DNA of 64,000 nucleotides, from assembly GCA_964583975.1 (NCBI GenBank), contig CAZOXU010000010.1, positions 9,779 to 73,778 of the forward strand, written 5' to 3'. The notes under the pieces are model-generated. The model worked only from the letters and a program-made list of their open reading frames with translations. It did not search any database and was not told the DNA's origin. Position numbers and translations under genes: made by a program. Shown here in pieces: positions 18,368-26,100 of the stretch. Position 1 is the stretch's first letter, and every line of letters begins with the position of its first letter. The stretch is from an uncultured Planctomycetales bacterium. GTDB lineage: Bacteria > Omnitrophota > Gorgyraeia > Zapsychrales > Fredricksoniimonadaceae.

Positions 18368-20209
18368 CTACAAACTTTTAACCATCACATAAAACAAATA
18401 CACAGCACCTAAAATAAAAATCAAAGCATAAAACTGAACGAATCCAGTTTGTAATAAGCGAAGCACGCGGCCAGAGGCCTTGGCCATACTGGTCATGCCA
18501 TGTACACCTAAGCGTACAATGAAGATTTTTTCAAATCCCGCCAAAATGTAAGCAAAACCTTGTTGAATATAGTCCACATAAAAACCATAGACGATATCGA
18601 AATAATATTTGTTCGTTAAGACCGGATACAGAGGACCTAATTTTTTAGGTAAAGGATCACTTTCAGGTCTGCGTCCGTAAATGGTATAAGCGATGATCAG
18701 CCCAGCAACACCGATTACAGTAGAAACGCTGGCAACTGTCATATTTAAAGCTTCAGCAGGATGGTCTGGGAAAATCAAATGTGGAATACCAATGACCCCT
18801 CCAATCACCGAAAGAATCGCTAAATAAATTAAAGGCAAGGTCATGATGGCTGGCGATTCGTGAGTGTGGTCATGTTTCGATGGGGCGCCCCAGAATGCCG
18901 TGAAAAACAAACGACCCATATAAAAAGAAGTCAGACCTGAGGCAAAGCTAGCAACAATGTAAAGAAAGATATTATGTTCAAAAGCTAAGCCCAGCACTTC
19001 ATCCTTGCTCCAGAAGCCACTTAAAGGGAAGATACCACACAAAGCCAATGTTCCAATTAAAAAGGTGATACCAGTCACAGGCATGGTCTTAAGAAGCCCG
19101 CGCATCTTCCAAATATCTTGTTCATGATGCATAGCATAGATGACTGAGCCGGCGCCTAAGAACAACAGAGCTTTGAAAAAAGCATGTGTCGTTAAGTGAA
19201 ACATGCCTTGCATCGGTCCGCCAAGTCCTAAGGCCATGACCATCAAACCTAATTGGCTTAAAGTTGAGTAAGCCAGGATTCGTTTAATATCATTTTCAGC
19301 AATGGCCAAGGTGGCTGCCATTAAAGAAGTCAGAGCACCGATGTGGGCAATCACATTAAGCGCATCATGCAAAGGTTCAAAAATAAAGAAGGTACGGGCC
19401 AATAAATACACGCCAGCAGCCACCATGGTTGCTGCGTGGATCAATGCGCTAACCGGTGTGGGGCCTTCCATGGCATCAACCAACCATACGTGTAAAGGCA
19501 CTTGGGCTGATTTACCAATAACTCCGCAAAATAGTAAAAGGGCCACAACGCCTAGGATCTCATGAGGAATGCTGCCGGCAGCTACAGCCAAATCAGTTAA
19601 CTGAAAACTTCGTCCGTGACCAACATCCGAAAGGCTCCATAGAAGAAGAATACCGCATAAAAATCCAAAGTCAGCCAAACGATTGACCATGAAGGCTTTT
19701 ACCCCCGCATCAGCCGCGGAAGGTTTGTGATACCAAAAGCTGATTAATAGGTAGGAGCTTAAGCCCACTAATTCCCAAAAGATAAATAATTGAATGAGAT
19801 TATTCGATAGAACAATGCCGATCATTGAGAAAGCAAAGAGGCTTAAAAAAGCAAAGAAGCGAGGCATGCTGGGGTCCTCAGCCATATATCCTCGAGAGTA
19901 TATAAAGATCGCACTACCAACACCAGTGACAACTAAAAGCATCATGATGGCCAGCGGATTGACCAAATAACCAAAATTAATCGTCAGAGCGTCAAATTGT
20001 ATCCAGGGAATAGATTGCTGAGCTTCTAAGGCTGGGTGGCCTTGAAAAATTTGAATGGCAGTTAAGACCGTACAGATAAATGAAGTGACAATGCCAGCGA
20101 TGGCTGTTAGCGAGCTTAAATTTTTGGAACGCAGGAAAAACAGCGTAATGATAATACAGGCGACCAACGGCGCAAAATAAGCTGTCCAGACAAGTGCGGG
20201 GTTTACCAT
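18368..20209 (-). CDS. nuoL: NADH-quinone oxidoreductase subunit L
   Basis: 613 aa, NuoL/ND5-like with a C-terminal extension helix. Confidence 0.9.
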   Translation of the reverse strand: MVNPALVWTAYFAPLVACIIITLFFLRSKNLSSLTAIAGIVTSFICTVLTAIQIFQGHPALEAQQSIPWIQFDALTINFGYLVNPLAIMMLLVVTGVGSAIFIYSRGYMAEDPSMPRFFAFLSLFAFSMIGIVLSNNLIQLFIFWELVGLSSYLLISFWYHKPSAADAGVKAFMVNRLADFGFLCGILLLWSLSDVGHGRSFQLTDLAVAAGSIPHEILGVVALLLFCGVIGKSAQVPLHVWLVDAMEGPTPVSALIHAATMVAAGVYLLARTFFIFEPLHDALNVIAHIGALTSLMAATLAIAENDIKRILAYSTLSQLGLMVMALGLGGPMQGMFHLTTHAFFKALLFLGAGSVIYAMHHEQDIWKMRGLLKTMPVTGITFLIGTLALCGIFPLSGFWSKDEVLGLAFEHNIFLYIVASFASGLTSFYMGRLFFTAFWGAPSKHDHTHESPAIMTLPLIYLAILSVIGGVIGIPHLIFPDHPAEALNMTVASVSTVIGVAGLIIAYTIYGRRPESDPLPKKLGPLYPVLTNKYYFDIVYGFYVDYIQQGFAYILAGFEKIFIVRLGVHGMTSMAKASGRVLRLLQTGFVQFYALIFILGAVYLFYVMVKSL

Positions 20210-20505
20210 TTTAAATCCTTTAAATCGTCAGCCATGATGGTGTTCAAACGACGATACATCAAAACAATGATAGCTAAACCAATGGCGACCTCAGCCGCAG
20301 CTACCAAGATGACAAAAAACACAATTAATTGCCCGGCGTAATCACCATTAAAACGTGAGAAGGCTACAAATAATAGATTTGAGGCTGCAAGTAAAAGTTC
20401 GAGTGATAAAAGCACCTTTAACACTGAGCGGCTGGTCATAACCCCAATCAAACCAATAGAAAAAACGATGCCGCTTAATATTAAATAGGAATGTAGAGTA
20501 ATCAT
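20203..20505 (-). CDS. nuoK: NADH-quinone oxidoreductase subunit K
   Basis: 100 aa three-TM protein with the conserved glutamates; short overlap with nuoL. Confidence 0.88.
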   Translation of the reverse strand: MITLHSYLILSGIVFSIGLIGVMTSRSVLKVLLSLELLLAASNLLFVAFSRFNGDYAGQLIVFFVILVAAAEVAIGLAIIVLMYRRLNTIMADDLKDLKW

Positions 20506-21032
20506 GCGCGTTCCTCAGCTTTGCCTGTGCTAAAAGCTCCTTGGGCCAGTGATACAATCCCAAAGACCGCAATCAGCAAAAGAAGAGAGGTTAATTCAAA
20601 AGGAAGTAGGTATTCCGTAAAAAGAATTTGGCCAATGGTTTCAATGGTGCCTCGTACGTTGGATGGCCCCATGCTTTGGGCCATCATAAAACCTCGGGTG
20701 CCAATCAAAAATTCCATTAAGAAAGCCAAGCCCACCAGGGTTCCTAGTAATTTTAAGCGGCCTTGTTGCATGGAGGTGATGGCTGCAGAGTTAAGATTTA
20801 AACACATGACCACAAATATAAAGAAAACCAGAACAGCACCAGCATAGACCAGAATGAGAATCATGCCTACAAAATAGGCTTCCATAAGTATGAAAAGAGA
20901 TGAAAGACAAAAGATAGCAACAACTAATGACAAAACATTATAAAGTGGGTTGCGTGCTAAAATCACCGTCAAGCTGGCAAGTATTAAAACGGTTGAAAAA
21001 AAGTAAAAAAATAAATCAGACATAGTATCCAA
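20502..21032 (-). CDS. nuoJ: NADH-quinone oxidoreductase subunit J
   Basis: About 173 aa membrane protein, first gene of the - strand half. The true start is probably the MSDLFF Met. Confidence 0.85.
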   Translation of the reverse strand: MDTMSDLFFYFFSTVLILASLTVILARNPLYNVLSLVVAIFCLSSLFILMEAYFVGMILILVYAGAVLVFFIFVVMCLNLNSAAITSMQQGRLKLLGTLVGLAFLMEFLIGTRGFMMAQSMGPSNVRGTIETIGQILFTEYLLPFELTSLLLLIAVFGIVSLAQGAFSTGKAEERA

Positions 21033-21111
21033 TATATAAACAAAGATTATAGTGTCAAGAATATTGTACTATTTGTTAGGTAACAAACAATCGGTAAAAC
21101 AACAAAATTAG

Positions 21112-21140
21112 TTGTATCGTGAAGAAGCGGTGGATATAAT
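21112..21140 (+). promoter_or_regulatory. sigma70-like promoter (TTGTAT-17-TATAAT) giving a leaderless transcript for the ANTAR regulator
   Basis: The -35 is TTGTAT at 21112-21117, the spacer is 17 nt, and the -10 is TATAAT at 21135-21140. The ATG at 21148 lies 7 nt after the -10 with no room for an SD sequence. Confidence 0.55.
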
Positions 21141-21147
21141 ACGCCCT

Positions 21148-22383
21148 ATGAAAAATAAGGCTCCCCAAAAAACTTTGAACATTTCTTCGAATGAAGAACT
21201 TAAAGTGCTTCGTTCGGTGGTAGACATTGCCTCCTCTGAACTGGATTTAAATCTCACCCTACAGTTGATTGTTAAAATTGTTAATGAAATGACCAAGGCT
21301 GACTCGGTTTTTATTTATTTGTTTGATGATAGAAAAGAATATCTCGTTTTGATGGCTTCTAAAACAGCGCATACTAAGGAACTTGGCAAGGTGCATTTGG
21401 AAATTGGTGAAGGTATTACGGGTTGGGTAGCGCGTGAAAGTAAAACTGTGGCCATTGCCAAATTGGCCTACAAAGACCAGCGCTTTAAGAGCTTTGATGT
21501 TTTACCTGAAGATCGTTATGAAGCGTTTTTGTCAGTCCCTGTTATCTTCAAGGGGAAAGCCATTGGAGTTATTAATGTGCAGCATAAACGCGAGCAGGAT
21601 TATTCAGCGACGACAGTTAATCTGATTGAAATGATTGCCAAGCAAGTTGGTGGCGTTATCGAACACGCCAGGCTTTTTGAAGAAACTAAGAAGAAGGCCT
21701 TACAATTCGATTCGTTGGTCAAGGTTTCTCGTTCAATTACCTCCGAACATTATCTCGATGAAATTTTAAATTTGATTGTAGTTGTGACAGCTGAAATGCT
21801 TAATTCTAAAATTTGTTCGATCATGTTATTAGATGAGAAGGGCCAGGAACTGGTCATTAAAGCGACCCAGTCGCTCAATGAAGACTACAAAAAGAAACCG
21901 AATATTAGCGTGGAAAACTCCTTAAGCGGAACAGTTCTTAAGACGCGTAAACCCATTGCAGTTTCGGATGTCCGTCACGAAAAAAAATATGCGTACCCAG
22001 ATTTGGCAGCCAAGGAAGGATTGACCTCCATGGTGGCTGTGCCGATGATTGTGAAGGACAAGGCTATTGGAGTCATCAACGTTTATACCAAACAACCGCA
22101 CAAGTTTACCGATGAAGAGGTCAATGTGTTACAAATGGTGGCCAATCAGGCAGCGGTTGCTGTTGAAAATACCAAACTAGTTGAAGAAGCGATCAAAGCT
22201 AAGGAAGCCCTTGAGACCCGCAAGGTCATTGAGAGGGCTAAAGGCATTATTATGAAGATGAACAATCTTTCCGAAGAAGCCGCCCACCGACTTATTCATA
22301 AAAAGAGCATGGATGCCAGCCGCTCCATGAAAGATGTGGCCGAATCCATTATCCTCATGGCAGATTTACAGAAGTCGTTATAA
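21148..22383 (+). CDS. GAF-GAF-ANTAR RNA-binding antitermination regulator
   Basis: Two GAF-like domains and a C-terminal ANTAR-like helical domain (residues about 360-411, KVIERAKGIIM..L.E.EA...I...S). The start is set at the ATG at 21148 because the ORF-track start at 21112 lies inside the predicted promoter. Confidence 0.75.
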   Translation: MKNKAPQKTLNISSNEELKVLRSVVDIASSELDLNLTLQLIVKIVNEMTKADSVFIYLFDDRKEYLVLMASKTAHTKELGKVHLEIGEGITGWVARESKTVAIAKLAYKDQRFKSFDVLPEDRYEAFLSVPVIFKGKAIGVINVQHKREQDYSATTVNLIEMIAKQVGGVIEHARLFEETKKKALQFDSLVKVSRSITSEHYLDEILNLIVVVTAEMLNSKICSIMLLDEKGQELVIKATQSLNEDYKKKPNISVENSLSGTVLKTRKPIAVSDVRHEKKYAYPDLAAKEGLTSMVAVPMIVKDKAIGVINVYTKQPHKFTDEEVNVLQMVANQAAVAVENTKLVEEAIKAKEALETRKVIERAKGIIMKMNNLSEEAAHRLIHKKSMDASRSMKDVAESIILMADLQKSL

Positions 22384-22387
22384 AGTA

Positions 22388-22430
22388 ATTCATCGCATTC
22401 CCCATGCGATTTATATAATCCCCCAATTTA
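22388..22430 (+). promoter_or_regulatory. conserved hairpin-containing element upstream of the HigB-like toxin gene (copy B)
   Basis: ATTCATC-GCAT-TCCCC-ATGCG-ATTTATATAATCCCCCAATTTA, followed by a TTGACA ... TATGCT promoter-like pair. Confidence 0.5.
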
Positions 22431-22498
22431 TTAACAGGAACGTTGAGCTGTCTTGACAATCATACTTCATTGAAGTATGCTTTGAAAGAAGGTGAATT

Positions 22499-22807
22499 GT
22501 GGAATTTATTGAAACGCTTTTGTTTAGCAAAGCAGCAAGAGGGCTACTAAATGAGGAGGAAATAGCCCAATTACAAATGACATTGATGTTTTATCCGGCG
22601 ATGGGGGCGTTTATTCCCGGCTCAGGAGGCTTAAGGAAGCTCCGATGGTTAGGGGTTGGAAAAGGCAAACGCGGAGGCTTAAGAATTATTTATTATTGGG
22701 TCTCACAGGACCATCAAATTTATCTTTTATATGTTTATAAAAAGAATCAACAAGAAGATTTGACTGCCGAACAGATTGAATATTTAAGACGATTACTGGA
22801 GGAATAA
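22499..22807 (+). CDS. type II toxin, RelE/ParE superfamily (HigB/Gp49-like)
   Basis: 102 aa with a GGLRIIYYW..........LLYVYKK motif. GTG start with an AAGGTG RBS. Directly followed by a 96 aa HTH protein. Confidence 0.65.
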   Translation: MEFIETLLFSKAARGLLNEEEIAQLQMTLMFYPAMGAFIPGSGGLRKLRWLGVGKGKRGGLRIIYYWVSQDHQIYLLYVYKKNQQEDLTAEQIEYLRRLLEE

Positions 22808-22808
22808 G

Positions 22809-23099
22809 ATGAATAAGAAGGATTTTGATAAACTCGTGACCAGCATTAAACAGATGAAGCAAATAAAGGCAGGAAAACTTAAGGCGGCCAAAGCAACAAA
22901 GTTTAATCACATAGAGATTAAATCTATTCGTCAGAAACTGCATCAATCCCAGTCAGAGTTTGCTTTTATGATTGGCGTTAGCCCTTCGACTTTGAAGAAT
23001 TGGGAACAGGGCCTTAGAACTCCAATGGGGCCAGCCATGGCTTTACTAACTGTCGCACAGAAAAACCCTCATGCCGTCTATGATGCTTTGCATTCTTAA
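22809..23099 (+). CDS. HTH XRE-family antitoxin (HigA-like)
   Basis: 96 aa, helix-turn-helix (SQSEFAFMIGVSPSTLKNWEQGLRTP). Its start is 2 nt after the toxin stop. Confidence 0.65.
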   Translation: MNKKDFDKLVTSIKQMKQIKAGKLKAAKATKFNHIEIKSIRQKLHQSQSEFAFMIGVSPSTLKNWEQGLRTPMGPAMALLTVAQKNPHAVYDALHS

Positions 23100-23153
23100 G
23101 TTGTTGCCCTAGTTTGTTTTCCCCATACCCATCGGGTATACTTACCTATAATT

Positions 23154-26100
23154 ATGTATATATACTTAAAGAAACCCCTTATATGTCTCCTTTTGTGCGC
23201 TTTTTTCTTCCAAAACTTGGGTTTTGGTCAAGGGACTGCCTCAGCGCAAGCTTTGCCCGAGCCAGGCATATTGCTTGAGCCCAGTGCAGCTTTTTCTCCA
23301 GCCCTGATGACTGGAATGACCATCCATCCTGAAAACCCGCTCGAATTTGATTTCATTGTTGATACCGGAGAAGACCATTTGCAAGGTGAAGAACTTAAAG
23401 CCCAAGCCCAGCGAATGGTGAATTACTTTATGGCAACCTTGACTGTTCCAGAAGATGAAATGTGGGTTAACCTTTCGCCTTATGAAAAGAACCACATCAT
23501 TGCCGATGGATTAAGCGTCACGGAAATGGGGCGTGACATGTTAGCCCAGGACTATCTTTTAAAACAGTTGACTGCCTCGCTCATTTATCCGGAACGAGAT
23601 TTGGGAAAGAAATTTTGGGAAGGTGTCTATAAAAAAGCCCAGGCCCTCTATGGCACAACCGAGGTTCCCGTAAATACGTTTAATAAAGTTTGGATCATTC
23701 CTGATGAAGCCAGCGTCTACAGCAAGGACAATAAAGTTTTTATTACGAATAGTCATTTGAAGGTGATGTTGGAATGCGATTACCTGGCGATGTCAAAACA
23801 AAATGTAGGGGCGACCCCCCGTGGTCGCCCTCAAGAAGGGCAGGCACAGGGGCCTGCCCCTACGGATACCAATATAATGGCCAATCAAATCGTCCGCGAC
23901 TTGGTCGTCCCCGCAATCACCAAGGAAATTAATGAAGGCAAAAACTTCGCCAATTTGCGCCAGATTTACAATTCTATGATTTTAGCAACATGGTATAAAC
24001 GCAAATTACACAAATTTGTACGGGCTGGGTCTCCCAGCCCTAACGCAAAGGGTGGGGAAACCCCACCCCTACAGAATTACATCGACCATAACAAAACCAA
24101 CGGCATTGAAATAGATGATAAAACCATCAAGGAAAAAATCTACAATCAATACCTGGCAGCATTCAAAAAAGGTGTGTTTAATTTTATTAAAGAAGACTCT
24201 TTGCCTACAGGCCAAACCATTCCTCGCAAGTATTTTGCCGGAGGCTTGGTCGCTCCAAAAGTGATCAAAGATGCAGCTACGCTATCTCCTGACTATTTAA
24301 TACAAGCCCAACGCAATCCGAAGGTGGTTGTTAGTGTTGATGCGCAACCGTTGAAAGAAGGTGTGGCTGATCAATCGATGGTATCAGAAGTAATACAGCT
24401 TTTATTTGGTCTTGATCAAAAGATCCTCGAAGAAAATTTTGGGTCAATGGACAATGTTATTGCTGCTGGCAAGGCCATGGCAGCTCTGAAACGATACGAT
24501 TGGAAGTCGGTGAGACATTTATTGAAAGGCGACGCTTTAGAAGTAAGGACTAAAATGCGTAATGAAGTTCGTACCGGTCAAAATAGCAGCACTCGCTTTG
24601 GAGGCCAGTTGGCGACTGATATTTTATTGGCCATTGGTAAATTTGCAAACTTGAATCCCCCAACTCAAAGTTTTATGTGGGAAGTGTTTAAAGACAAAAT
24701 AAGTAAGCTGCCTTCGGAGGTCGATAAATCGTCTTTGATGATCGGCTATATCGATGGACTGACGTCTCTAGAAGCAATGATTACCTTGGGAACTTTAACC
24801 GAAGATCGATTTAAAGATCCTACAGAAATGAGCACTAATCAAAGAGAAATATTGGCGCATGCTTTAGAGTTGAACCATGGAGATTTTAAACAGGCAATAG
24901 GTTACGTTCGTTGGATTCTTCCAGAAACCGGATTGTCAGATGCGGCGATGGCGGCTAATAAGGCGAAGAAACCATTGTCTGATTTATCCGAGGCAGAATT
25001 AAAAACTGAAATTATAGAACATATCTTTAAAGGGACACCATTAGATGGTGTTATCGATGATGTGCTGACTGTTTTTAATAGACAAGGTGGTTTTAGTGTA
25101 ATCCTTAAGTCTAAGCAAATGGATTTTTCTGTTTGGGATTTTAGCTACAATAAACAAAACATTACTTCGTGTACGTTTACCGGCAATAAATTTCGTAGTA
25201 AATATAATCGGGTACTACTGGGGTCCATTTTGTATTGGGCACAAACACGATGGGGTATGACCCGAGGCAGTGATTGGGCAACAGATCAGAAAGCTGCACA
25301 ATTCTTTGTCGATATTTTTGATGGTTGGGCTCTGCCAGGGCAAAATCCTGTCACATTCAAAAATGCTAGAATTACAGGTGGTTTTTTAATGAGTGTAGAT
25401 CTGACCAAATTAGATCTCGCTTCGCACTGGCCGTTTACAAATTTTGTGAATAAAGATAGGGCGATGGAGAGCCCCCAAGAGAATAAAGAGGCATTGCTAC
25501 GTGAACTTTTTCAAAATGAATTGCGTAAGATGACATCAGGCCTATTGTTTAGAATACTGCACAGATTATCTTTGGTTAATCCTATTCAAGCTGTTGCCCA
25601 AAGAGTAGTTGATTCGATTCTAGAAATGGAAGAATCTCCTCAAAGGGAAATGATGTTAGATTCAATTCGAAATTTCTCGCCTGCAGATTCAAGTAATTCA
25701 CTTATAGATCCAACCGACGCTGTTCTAATTCAAGCTAAACATTATCTCCAGGCTTTTGATTACCGCAGAATGATGCTGGCAGGGGCAATAAATGGCATGG
25801 CTGTATCTCTAGTAGAAGGTGTTCCTTTGTCGAAGACATTTTCATTTGGTGTAGATATTTTGGAAACCCCCAACGGTTTTCGTAGGTTTCAATACCTGGT
25901 TCGAAATGCCATGTTTCATCATGCAGATCATCTTAATTGGGAGCTACAAAAGCAATATCCAACAGATGGGCGCCAGTTAATGATTTTTGATTTGTTGCCT
26001 GATTACGCTAGATTTGGTTTCGATCCACCAGTAATCATTGCTGGTGAAGAGATTTCCAATGTCCCTTACGATCAATTGACTGTTGAGCAAAAAACATTGC

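Noticed and set aside
16530-19565. Plus-strand ORFs inside nuoN/nuoM/nuoL (16530..16793, 17599..17796, 19302..19565)
   Set aside because: Antisense shadow ORFs within conserved membrane-subunit genes.
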